Source: Patescibacteria group bacterium (lineage in GTDB: Bacteria > Patescibacteriota > UBA1384 > XYA2-FULL-43-10). Taken from it: a DNA stretch of 32,000 bases. Both the position numbers and the translations under genes were made by a program. The first letter of the stretch is position 1. Each line of letters begins with the position of its first letter. A model generated the notes under the pieces. That model did not search any database and was not told where the DNA came from. It was given only the letters and a program-made list of their open reading frames with translations. Location of the stretch: the NCBI GenBank assembly GCA_041674405.1, contig JBAYVT010000001.1:30001-62000 (forward strand). The letters are read 5' to 3'. This document shows, piece after piece, positions 1-7,908 of the stretch.

Positions 1-25
1 AATCATAAAACGGGAGATGATTTAG

Positions 26-1591
26 TTGGAAAAGATTACTTCGAAAAAAGTTTGTTTGATAATACTGGACGGCTGGGGTTTCTCGCTAAATCGCGCTGGA
101 AATGCAATTTTTTTAGCTGGCCCAAGGAACTTCGATAATTTATGGCAATCATATGGCCATGCAGTTCTATCGACTCATAGCAATTTACAGAAAAATAACG
201 ATGATAGTATTAATTCTCAAATTTGTTATACACAAATCTCGGCTGGTCGATTTGTTAAAAGCGAATCTCAAATCATTGCTGATGAATTTACGAGCGGAAA
301 TTTTTTAGAAAATGAGGTTTTAAACAACACATTTTTAAATGCAATTTCCCATGACTCAAACGTTCATTTTGTTTGTCCAATAGATGAAAGTGAATATTCC
401 CTGGAATATATATATGGCCTTCTAAAAATGGCATCATCGTATCAGGAGGTTTCTGTATATATCCACTTGGTAATTTCAAAGGATAACTCATACCAGGAAC
501 TTTACCAAGTCCTGGACAAGATAAAAGATTCTACCTCAAAGACCAGTAATTGCATCATTGCATCAATATTCGGAAGTGATTATTCAGCGTATGACATAAC
601 GGAATATTCAAAAATTCTTTCGGCCTACAATGCAATCATTTGGGGCGAAGGAAAACAATATTTTGAGATATCGCAAGTCCTAAAGTCCAACGAGGAAAAA
701 AATGTCAGACCCCACCAAATTGAGCCATCCATTATCGTAAACGATGGTAAAGCCGTAGGAATTTCATCAGATTTCGATAACTTTATATTTAGTTCAGTAA
801 CAGGTGAACCAGTCAAAATGCTTTTTATATCTCTGGCTAATGGTATAAAAAGCGTAAAATCACGCCGAAAATTTAATCTTAAGCTTATTCCGTTTGCTGA
901 TTATTTACACACTAAAAGTGTAAGTTGTGATCATGTATTCAAAAGTGTGGCAATATCGCCAAACTTATCGGAGATTATTAGTAAGTCTGGGATTGGTCAA
1001 TTTCACGTTGGGGAAAGCATAAATGAAGATGAAGTAAGTTTTTATTTTAATGGCAGGATATCAAATAATTTTCCTGAAGAAAAAATTATGATTGTCACGT
1101 CTTCTGAAAACTCTGCAAAGAACCATGGTTTGTCTTCGTCTTATATTGCCAAAGTAACGATTGACCAAATGATGAAGAACAAAGAGTGTTTTATTGTCGC
1201 CGGCTTTGCAAATGTTGATTATTTTGCTCATACTAAAGATGTGAGATCTACCGCCTTGGCAGTAGCCGCGCTTGATGATTGTTTAAAATTAATTTATGAC
1301 GCATCGATAAGAACAAACACAACTCTGGTGATTACGGGAAGTCACGGAAACGCGGAAAATATGGCAAGAAGTGCCAATTTAGATACGTTCTCGAAAAGTC
1401 CTGTTCCTTTCATTGTCGTTTCACCGGAAACGAGAAAAAACACAACCTCTCAATTCAGACAGGTAAATTTTTCAAGCATGATTTCTTTGAAACATTCAAT
1501 TTGTGATATTGCCCCAACAATTTTAAACATCATGGATATTAAAATTCCATCAGAGTTTTCCGGGAGAAGTCTTATAAATTATTTAGAATAG
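26..1591 (+). CDS. 2,3-bisphosphoglycerate-independent phosphoglycerate mutase (GpmI) family protein, apparently degenerate active site
   Basis: N-terminal CLIILDGWG, NSQICYTQISAGR (cf. GNSEVGHLNIGAGR), GSDYSAYDITEYSKILSAYNAIIWGEG (cf. GRYYxMDRDKRWxRxxxAYxAMxxGEG), ANVDYFAH, GSHGNAENM, SPVPFIVVSP. TTG start preceded by GGGAG. Family assignment is strong, enzymatic function is doubtful. Confidence 0.85.
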   Translation: MEKITSKKVCLIILDGWGFSLNRAGNAIFLAGPRNFDNLWQSYGHAVLSTHSNLQKNNDDSINSQICYTQISAGRFVKSESQIIADEFTSGNFLENEVLNNTFLNAISHDSNVHFVCPIDESEYSLEYIYGLLKMASSYQEVSVYIHLVISKDNSYQELYQVLDKIKDSTSKTSNCIIASIFGSDYSAYDITEYSKILSAYNAIIWGEGKQYFEISQVLKSNEEKNVRPHQIEPSIIVNDGKAVGISSDFDNFIFSSVTGEPVKMLFISLANGIKSVKSRRKFNLKLIPFADYLHTKSVSCDHVFKSVAISPNLSEIISKSGIGQFHVGESINEDEVSFYFNGRISNNFPEEKIMIVTSSENSAKNHGLSSSYIAKVTIDQMMKNKECFIVAGFANVDYFAHTKDVRSTALAVAALDDCLKLIYDASIRTNTTLVITGSHGNAENMARSANLDTFSKSPVPFIVVSPETRKNTTSQFRQVNFSSMISLKHSICDIAPTILNIMDIKIPSEFSGRSLINYLE

Positions 1592-1598
1592 AGGCACA

Positions 1599-2156
1599 AT
1601 GCAAACCACAATCGAAGTATCGGCTCGCCACATTCATCTTACTGCGGAAGATTTTGAAAAATTATTTGGAAAATCTGAAATGTCGATACGAAATAATTTA
1701 AGCCAAAAGGGTGAATTTGCCTCAAATGAAACCCTTGAGGTTGTTGGTCCCAAAAGCAGAATTGTTAAGGTTCGGGTTCTTGGCCCGTTTAGGGAAAAAT
1801 CACAATTGGAAATATCCAGGACTGATAGCGTATCCTTGGGAATAGATGCTCCCTATTTAGAATCTGGCGATGGAAACGGAGCTAGAATTAGAATTATAGG
1901 ATCTAAAGGTGAAATTATCGATAATATAGCTATTGTTGCCATGCGCCATATTCACTTATCTCCCCTAAATGCACAAAAAGCCGGAGTATCCGACGGGGAC
2001 TTTGTTTCGGTGAAAATATCTGGCGAAAGACAGACAACATTGGGTAAAATTATTGTGCGAATTGAGGATAATTTTTTGAACCACGTCCATCTTGACACGG
2101 ATGATGCCAATGCTTGCGGAATTGTTTCTGGCTTTCAAACCGAGATTATTAAATAA
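1599..2156 (+). CDS. pduL: Phosphate propanoyltransferase / phosphotransacetylase, PduL type
   Basis: 185 aa; EVSARHIHLT, VAMRHIHLSP and NHVHLDTDDANA motifs typical of PduL; adjacent to acetate kinase. Confidence 0.92.
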   Translation: MQTTIEVSARHIHLTAEDFEKLFGKSEMSIRNNLSQKGEFASNETLEVVGPKSRIVKVRVLGPFREKSQLEISRTDSVSLGIDAPYLESGDGNGARIRIIGSKGEIIDNIAIVAMRHIHLSPLNAQKAGVSDGDFVSVKISGERQTTLGKIIVRIEDNFLNHVHLDTDDANACGIVSGFQTEIIK

Positions 2157-2170
2157 AAACTGGAGCATAA

Positions 2171-3250
2171 ATGATTGCTGTCTTTAATCCGGGATCATCA
2201 TCATTAAAATATAAGGTTTTTGACCCCGATTCTAATTTTAGTGAAACTTTGAGTGGGTCGGTCAATAATATCGGTGACGATGACTTTGCTGATCATGCTG
2301 TGGCAGCAAAGTATTTGGCAAAAGAAATAAAAAATCATAAGGTTCATTTAAATGTTATTGCATATCGAATTGTGCATGGAGGCGGTTTGCTAGAAAATGG
2401 CGTCCAAGCTACGGAAAAAAATATCAAAATCCTTGAGAGTTTTTCTTCGCTTGCACCACTTCATAATCCGCCGGCAATTCTGACAATTAAATCGTGCGAG
2501 CCACTATTTGGCCACGCAAAACATCTGATGTTTTTCGATACTGATTTCTTTGCTGAGTTGCCAGATGAAGAAGCTACCTATCCCCTACCTTTAAATATAT
2601 CTTCAGATCTTAAAATCAGGCGTTTTGGATTTCATGGCATATCACATAAATATGCAATGAAAAAATCTGACCCACAAACCAAATCGAATATCATTACAAT
2701 TCATCTTGGGGCGGGGTGCTCGATTGCTGCAATTAAAAGAGGAAAACCAATCGCAACTTCGCTAGGTTTTACTCCAGACGAAGGATTAATGATGCAAACA
2801 CGCTCTGGTGATATTGATCCGGGAATAATTTTCTTTCTTATCGAAAAATATGGCATGGATCGTACCCGTGAAATAATTGAAAAAGAATCCGGACTTAGGG
2901 GCGTTAGTGGGACCGATGGCAACATGTTGAATGTTTTATATGCTGCTGGTTTGAAAATTGAAGATCCGGCATTTAAGCCAAAAATGATTAGAACCGAGAA
3001 AGGCATTAAGAACGCAAAATTTGCACTTGAGCTATATGTGAGAAGAATCCAAAAGTATGTAACGTATTACACATTTTTGCTCGGGAGTGTTGATAAGCTT
3101 ATTTTCACCGGCATGATTGGCGCGGGATCATCTGTGATTAGAAATATGATTGTTGAAAACTTTGATCGCCTACCAATTCATGAATATGAAGTTATAAAAC
3201 CCAACGAAGAACTTGCTATTGCCCTGGAGGCTTGTAAGAAAGAGTATTAA
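2171..3250 (+). CDS. ackA: Acetate kinase
   Basis: FNPGSSSLKYKVF, RIVHGG, FFDTDFF, GFHGISHKY, HLGAGCSIAAI, QTRSGDIDPG, PNEELAIAL; 359 aa, slightly short. Confidence 0.95.
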   Translation: MIAVFNPGSSSLKYKVFDPDSNFSETLSGSVNNIGDDDFADHAVAAKYLAKEIKNHKVHLNVIAYRIVHGGGLLENGVQATEKNIKILESFSSLAPLHNPPAILTIKSCEPLFGHAKHLMFFDTDFFAELPDEEATYPLPLNISSDLKIRRFGFHGISHKYAMKKSDPQTKSNIITIHLGAGCSIAAIKRGKPIATSLGFTPDEGLMMQTRSGDIDPGIIFFLIEKYGMDRTREIIEKESGLRGVSGTDGNMLNVLYAAGLKIEDPAFKPKMIRTEKGIKNAKFALELYVRRIQKYVTYYTFLLGSVDKLIFTGMIGAGSSVIRNMIVENFDRLPIHEYEVIKPNEELAIALEACKKEY

Positions 3251-3269
3251 TCGAATAAAATAAGAGTAC

Positions 3270-4310
3270 ATGTCGGAAACAAACAAAAAATTAGTAACAG
3301 GCAATGAAGCAGCTGTTCTCGGGGCAATCGCGGGAGGTGCTGAAATAATGTTTGGCTACCCAATAACGCCGGCAACGGAAATTTTACAAAACTGGGCAGC
3401 TAAATCTCTTGATAATTCATCTTTATCATATTTGCAAACTGAGGATGAGACCGCGGCCGGATTTTGTGTCAATGGGGCACTTCTGGCTGGAGTAAAGGCT
3501 TTTACTGCATCTGCCGGGCCCGGGCATATTCTCTTACAGGATCCGATCTCAATGGCAGAAATGGAGCGATTGCCTTTTGTTGGGATTATGATGCAGCGCG
3601 GCGGCCCGTCGACAGGGACTGTTAATTTTTCACAGCAGGAAGTAAATTTGGCTTCGTTTGGCGGAAACGGCGATGGCTTGCGTGTGGTTTATTCGGCTTC
3701 GAGCGTACATGAAATGTACACTTTGACAACAAAAGCATTTTCAACCGCATGGAAATTTCGCTTTCCAACTTTTGTGCTCGGTGATGGATATCTCGGCAAA
3801 ACTGAAATGTTAATAGAGCTTCCCAAGCTTTTAAAGCCAGTGCCAGCTTATAAAATTTTAAAAGAAAATGCAGCTGCTCCCACTTATCTTCGAAACTGCT
3901 ACTCCGATGAGGAATCCTTCGGTTCTGTCCTGGACGAAAACATTAAGGATTGGAAGAAATCAAAACATGCAATTGCTGAATCCGAATCTTATAAACTTTC
4001 CGGAATAAACGAATTAATCATTGCCCACGGAATTGTAGCCGAAGCTTGCAAAGATGCGATCGATAAAATGCTCACTCGTAACAAAAAAATCGGTTTGTGG
4101 AGGCCAATAACGCTAAATCCGATCGATTCCGCCTCATTAATTGCAGCAGCTAAAAAAGTCAGAAAAATTCACATTTTTGAATCAGCACTTAATCAATTTG
4201 CCCGAATTATCAAATACGAATTGGCTGGCCTAAAATTGGATATTATTGAGCACGGCAAACCCGCACGTGGATTTACTCCTGAGGAAATTATCGAGGAGAT
4301 TATGCAATGA
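3270..4310 (+). CDS. 2-oxoacid:ferredoxin oxidoreductase, alpha subunit
   Basis: GNEAAVLGAIAGGAEIMFGYPITPATEIL, AGPGHILLQDPIS, GGPSTGTVNFSQQE; ATG/TGA overlap with the beta subunit. Substrate (pyruvate vs other 2-oxoacid) not resolvable by eye. Confidence 0.92.
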   Translation: MSETNKKLVTGNEAAVLGAIAGGAEIMFGYPITPATEILQNWAAKSLDNSSLSYLQTEDETAAGFCVNGALLAGVKAFTASAGPGHILLQDPISMAEMERLPFVGIMMQRGGPSTGTVNFSQQEVNLASFGGNGDGLRVVYSASSVHEMYTLTTKAFSTAWKFRFPTFVLGDGYLGKTEMLIELPKLLKPVPAYKILKENAAAPTYLRNCYSDEESFGSVLDENIKDWKKSKHAIAESESYKLSGINELIIAHGIVAEACKDAIDKMLTRNKKIGLWRPITLNPIDSASLIAAAKKVRKIHIFESALNQFARIIKYELAGLKLDIIEHGKPARGFTPEEIIEEIMQ

Positions 4311-5032
4311 ATGAAATTATGCCAAAATGCTGGAATTGCAATACTAAACCGCACTTATTTTGTCCTGGTTGTGGGCATGGCATTACGTTAAAACACCTCG
4401 GATACGCAATCGACGAGATGGAAATTGCCAATAATGTTACTTTGGGCATAGATATAGGATGCTCACTTCTCTCCTGGAATTTCTTCAATTTTGATACTAT
4501 TCAGACTCATCACGGCAGAACAAACCCGACAATGGTCGGATACAAAATGGCAAACCCAAAGCGAGTTGCCATTGCTTACATGGGTGATGGCGGTGGTTAT
4601 GCGATAGGTTTACAATCCTTACTGCATGCAGCTTTTCGAAACGATCCAATTACTGTTATTTTGGTTAATAACGAAAACTATGCTATGACCGGCGGCCAAG
4701 TTGCGCCAACTACTGAAACTGGAATAGTAACAGCGACCACGCCAAAGGGTAAACCTGTATCATTTGGTCCCGGCTTTCATGGTCCCGAACTAGTCCGCTG
4801 TATCGCGAATGATAAAGCATTTGTCGCCCGTGTTTCTGTTTCCCAGCCGGAAATTATTAAGTTGACACTTAAAAAAGCGATTGAAAATCAAATTAAAAAC
4901 AAATTATTTTCTTTTGTTGAGGTTCTTTCCATCTGTCCGACAAACTGGAAAACCAATGCAAAGGAATCGTTTAATCGACTTTTGGATATGGAAAAATACT
5001 ACCATGTCGAAGAAATCAAACCGAATGAATAA
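4307..5032 (+). CDS. 2-oxoacid:ferredoxin oxidoreductase, beta subunit (TPP-binding)
   Basis: FCPGCGHG, DIGCSLLSWNFFNFDTIQTHHGR, YMGDGGGYAIG, VNNENYAMTGGQ. Confidence 0.93.
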   Translation: MNEIMPKCWNCNTKPHLFCPGCGHGITLKHLGYAIDEMEIANNVTLGIDIGCSLLSWNFFNFDTIQTHHGRTNPTMVGYKMANPKRVAIAYMGDGGGYAIGLQSLLHAAFRNDPITVILVNNENYAMTGGQVAPTTETGIVTATTPKGKPVSFGPGFHGPELVRCIANDKAFVARVSVSQPEIIKLTLKKAIENQIKNKLFSFVEVLSICPTNWKTNAKESFNRLLDMEKYYHVEEIKPNE

Positions 5033-5843
5033 TAATTCGATAAAAATTATCCTCGCAGGTGAAGGTGGCCAAGGGGTTCAAACAATTGCTAAGGCATTGT
5101 TTAATGCTGCAATTTCTGCTAAATACAATGTTTCATACATTCCCTCTTTTGGTGTCGAACAGCGCGGTACGCCATCTGTGGCTTATATTACGCTGTCTCA
5201 CGGCCAAATACGTTATCCCCGTTTCGAATTTGCTGATGTGGCGCTTGTCATGGGAGAACGAGCAATGGATCGTGTAGCAGGGGTTATCAATCCGAATACG
5301 AAGCTGATTTTCGATACCTCAAACATGGACACAAAAAATTTAAAAAAGCCTTGGGTTAAACGGCTTGGCGTTCCGGCTACCAGATATGCTTTAGAAAAAT
5401 TTTCACCGAAATCATATAACGTATTAATGTATGGTGCTTTGTGCAAAGAGCTTGGTTTTGACCCAAAGATATCGTGGGATTCCATACATAGCATTTTGAA
5501 AGATAAATTTAAAACCAAGGAAATTGCAGAAATGAATCACGATGCGTTTTCTTTCGGTTATGAAATTGTCTTTGAACACAAGAATTTTTCCAAGCCAATC
5601 TATGAGACCAAAAAGACAGATAATATTTTTAGAAATGCCGAAAAGATCGCCACGATCTCGCCCGAAAGATGCAAGGGTTGTGGAATCTGCATAGAAAAAT
5701 GTCCAGTTAAGGCATTATCTTTTGGTGAAGATTTGGGTGTGTTCTCCACTCCGGTTCCAGATATTAACCTTGAAAAATGTATCGCTTGTGGCAATTGTCG
5801 ACGCTACTGTCCCGACGGGGCGATTAAAGTTGATAAAAAATAA
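5025..5843 (+). CDS. 2-oxoacid:ferredoxin oxidoreductase gamma subunit fused to a 2x[4Fe-4S] ferredoxin (delta) domain
   Basis: IILAGEGGQGVQTIAKAL at the N-terminus and CKGCGICIEKCP...CIACGNCRRYCPDGA at the C-terminus. Start refined from the track start 4881 to ATG at 5025, overlapping the beta subunit stop. Confidence 0.9.
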   Translation: MNNNSIKIILAGEGGQGVQTIAKALFNAAISAKYNVSYIPSFGVEQRGTPSVAYITLSHGQIRYPRFEFADVALVMGERAMDRVAGVINPNTKLIFDTSNMDTKNLKKPWVKRLGVPATRYALEKFSPKSYNVLMYGALCKELGFDPKISWDSIHSILKDKFKTKEIAEMNHDAFSFGYEIVFEHKNFSKPIYETKKTDNIFRNAEKIATISPERCKGCGICIEKCPVKALSFGEDLGVFSTPVPDINLEKCIACGNCRRYCPDGAIKVDKK

Positions 5844-5859
5844 ATTTAAAATAAAAAAT

Positions 5860-5886
5860 CTGCCTGAATCAAGGGCGGTTTTTTAT
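5860..5886 (+). terminator. Probable rho-independent terminator of the fermentation operon
   Basis: CTGCCT-gaatca-AGGGCGG imperfect stem followed by TTTTTT, 17 nt after the gamma/delta stop codon. Confidence 0.6.
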
Positions 5887-5904
5887 TTTGGTGGACCCGA
5901 TCAG
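5881..5904. repeat. Direct repeat copy 1: duplicate of the 3' end of tRNA-Ala
   Basis: ttttattttggtggacccgatcag, 23/24 identical to 6045-6068. Confidence 0.9.
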
Positions 5905-6044
5905 ACATTAGAACCCGTTTCACTCTTTCGAAACCCTCGGTTCCGAATAACCTCCTATACGGGCAACTCTTGTTTCCCGACCCCTTCCGGAGCTCAAGCC
6001 TTCTCTTTGGGGAGAACAAATTAAAATAGAGTCGCAAGGACTCA

Positions 6045-6068
6045 TTTTATTCTGGTGGACCCGATCAG
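6045..6068. repeat. Direct repeat copy 2: covers the 3' end of tRNA-Ala
   Basis: ttttattctggtggacccgatcag; includes the CCA end and acceptor 3' strand of the - strand tRNA. Confidence 0.9.
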
Positions 6069-6129
6069 GCTTGAACTGACGACCTCCTCGATGCCATCGA
6101 GGCGCTCTAGCCAACTGAGCTACGGGCCC
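6053..6129 (-). tRNA. tRNA-Ala (anticodon GGC), CCA encoded
   Basis: Reverse complement GGGCCCG TA GCTCAGTTGGCTAGAGC G CCTCG ATGGCAT CGAGG AGGTC GTCAG TTCAAGC CTGAT CGGGTCC A CCA; full cloverleaf, loop ATGGCAT gives GGC. Confidence 0.93.
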
Positions 6130-6255
6130 AAAATTAACTAATAACTTAAAACTCAAAAGTTAAAACTGAACTAATTTACTATACCTAATTACCAATAATT
6201 AATCAATCCAGAGAGTATATTTCTGTGTTGATCAGTGCGAAAAATCAGAGAAATT

Positions 6256-6780
6256 TTATTCAATACAGCACTCAATTGCACGCTTTACGACCGCACCTAT
6301 TTTACCAAGAAAACCTTTGCCTTTTTCTTCGTGTCGATTGATTTTGGCATCTTCAATTTTAGAAATATTTTTGGAATCGACAATTTTCATATTTAGCGCC
6401 CAAAATAATGAGTACAGATCAAAGGCTTTTTCATAAAATTCTTCTGCCTGTTTGCGGTTTTTTTTGAGATTGACCTTATTTCCCACTTCGATAAGCCGCA
6501 TGGATGCTGCCAAAAGATGCTTTGAAAGGCACCAGATCTCGCCTTCGGGCTCTTTAACCAATTTTTGCATGACTTCTTTGCGTATCTCGCGAACTTCTTT
6601 TAGCATATCGAAATACTTTGTTTTGTTCGTTTTTTCAGCGGTAAAATAAAAATGTTCTTCGATTGAAACCAGGTTCATTACAGCAATTGAAAGATCTTCA
6701 TCAAGAGAAAGGTCAAAACCTTTTTCTTTTGACTCTTCTACTTTTTTGATTAACTTTTGAATTTCTTTGTCATTTGCCAT
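6256..6780 (-). CDS. Hypothetical helical cytosolic protein, 174 aa
   Basis: ORF MANDKEIQKLIKKVEESKEKG...AIECCIE; begins 4 nt downstream of the CPVC membrane-protein ORF, so probably co-transcribed. C-terminal Cys-Cys. Confidence 0.75.
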   Translation of the reverse strand: MANDKEIQKLIKKVEESKEKGFDLSLDEDLSIAVMNLVSIEEHFYFTAEKTNKTKYFDMLKEVREIRKEVMQKLVKEPEGEIWCLSKHLLAASMRLIEVGNKVNLKKNRKQAEEFYEKAFDLYSLFWALNMKIVDSKNISKIEDAKINRHEEKGKGFLGKIGAVVKRAIECCIE

Positions 6781-6784
6781 AAAT

Positions 6785-7354
6785 TTATTTTATTACTTTT
6801 ATTTGAATAAGACCGTGTATCAGCAAACTGCCGATGAGGATATATCCGACCGGCATAGCAATTTTCTGGAACGGAAAGTATGAATGATTGTGGTTTTTTC
6901 GTTTTAACGTATTGTAATTTACCAGTGCTAGGACAAATAAAACGGACCCCGCTATCATTCCATCCAGCAATCGATCAATTCCCAAAAAAGTATTTTTAGG
7001 GTGTCCTATAATACCGGTGTAATAAAGCGGTAAGATTGTAATAAAATATAGTGCCAAAGCGGCTAGAGGATAAATATATCTTGGCTCGACTTTTTTTGAT
7101 TTCATCCAATTGAACATCCAGAAAGTAAGAGAAACCATGAGGGCGCCGATCCACATTCCGGTGATAAGATCATCGATCTTAAAATATCGAGAAAGCCCAA
7201 GCCCTGCAGCTACAGCAACAGTACAAACTGGGCAAAAAGCGCTAACAGCAGTAGGAACTAGCGCAATTATCCCAGCAATTGCGATTGCATAAAATTTTGA
7301 TGATCTTAGCTTCATAGGCAAAATAATCATATACAAAAATAATCCTGATTTCAA
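6785..7354 (-). CDS. Polytopic membrane protein with CPVC motif after the first TM segment
   Basis: Multiple hydrophobic segments; ...ALVPTAVSAFCPVCTVAVAAGLGLSRY. A start at MKLRSSKFYAIAIAG (13 codons in) is more plausible than the track start. Confidence 0.75.
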   Translation of the reverse strand: MKSGLFLYMIILPMKLRSSKFYAIAIAGIIALVPTAVSAFCPVCTVAVAAGLGLSRYFKIDDLITGMWIGALMVSLTFWMFNWMKSKKVEPRYIYPLAALALYFITILPLYYTGIIGHPKNTFLGIDRLLDGMIAGSVLFVLALVNYNTLKRKNHNHSYFPFQKIAMPVGYILIGSLLIHGLIQIKVIK

Positions 7355-7484
7355 TAGAAATATCAGATTAAATTATAAATAAGCCGTCGAAATTGGTGTG
7401 TGATCTCTTGTATATCATTCTAAAGAAATTTTTAGGTTAGCTTGTTATGATCAAAACACTAAAAATTGAATAAAGGGTCGAAAT

Positions 7485-7515
7485 AACAAAAGCAGGCCAT
7501 TGGCCCGCTTTTGTT
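7485..7515. terminator. Strong GC-core hairpin with A/T flanks, terminator-like
   Basis: AACAAAAGC a GGCC att GGCC c GCTTTTGTT, near-perfect inverted repeat in the intergenic region. Confidence 0.6.
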
Positions 7516-7562
7516 GTATTTAGGCTTAAATTAGGGTAAATTATACTGGTATTTGGGCATTT

Positions 7563-7612
7563 AGTCCCGATGCGTGCCGATCGGGATTCCGAAAGTGTTG
7601 CTCTTCGGGACT
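7563..7612. other. Mutually exclusive hairpins (possible structured RNA/leader) upstream of tRNA-Val
   Basis: AGTCCCGA(7563-7570) pairs with TCGGGACT(7605-7612); the same arm TCCCGAT(7565-7571) also pairs with ATCGGGA(7580-7586), and CCGAA(7589-7593) with TTCGG(7604-7608). Confidence 0.4.
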
Positions 7613-7634
7613 CAAAGCGTAATTCTAAATATTT

Positions 7635-7709
7635 GGTCGCTTAACTCAGCGGTAGAGTGCTTCGTTCACATCGAAGAAGTCACTGGTTCGAATCCAGTAG
7701 CGACCACCA
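7635..7709 (+). tRNA. tRNA-Val (anticodon CAC), CCA encoded
   Basis: GGTCGCT TA ACTCAGCGGTAGAGT G CTTCG TTCACAT CGAAG AAGTC ACTGG TTCGAAT CCAGT AGCGACC A CCA. Confidence 0.95.
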
Positions 7710-7727
7710 GAACACTCTGATGAGGCC

Positions 7728-7745
7728 ACCCCGACCAGTCGGGGT
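7728..7745. other. Perfect 7-bp hairpin downstream of tRNA-Val
   Basis: ACCCCGA-CCAG-TCGGGGT; no T-run, so more likely a processing or structural element than a classical terminator. Confidence 0.5.
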
Positions 7746-7810
7746 AATGCCCACCATTCGACTTTCGGTCTTCGCCTGAATCATATGATAAACCAAACTA
7801 ATATTCAATC

Positions 7811-7840
7811 AAAAAATGCCCGCCAGGGCCTTTTGTTTTT
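7811..7840. terminator. Short bidirectional terminator-like hairpin
   Basis: AAAAAAT GCCC GCCA GGGC CTTTTGTTTTT between tRNA-Val and the convergent ORF at 7909. Confidence 0.5.
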
Positions 7841-7908
7841 ATAGACCATGAACGACCCCTTGTGGAGGTCGTCAGGCACTTCTTCTTGGAAGCCAAGAGA
7901 TTCGGCTT

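Noticed and set aside
2171-3250. Degenerate acetate kinase, by analogy with the neighbouring GpmI-like protein
   Set aside because: Key AckA positions (FNPGSSS, RIVHGG, FFDTDFF, TRSGDIDP, NEEL) are all retained; the slightly short length alone is not evidence of inactivity.
4881-5032. Possible programmed frameshift between the OFOR beta and gamma ORFs (overlap 4881-5032)
   Set aside because: The gamma subunit has its own ATG at 5025, giving an ordinary short overlap; the upstream extension is only an open frame.
5887-6000. A second complete tRNA on the - strand ending at the duplicated acceptor sequence
   Set aside because: I could not find a matching 5' acceptor strand, anticodon arm or proper T-arm; only the 3' terminal ~15-20 nt is tRNA-like.
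5846-6156. Small - strand ORFs 5846..6037 and 5920..6156 (e.g. GPVAQLARAPRWHRGGRQFKPDRVHQNK)
   Set aside because: These are translations through tRNA-Ala and its duplicated 3' end, a familiar spurious-ORF artefact.
7185-7255. CPVC membrane protein as a CcdA/DsbD or VKOR family member
   Set aside because: Only one CxxC and no other family-defining motif is visible; the name would be over-assignment without a profile search.
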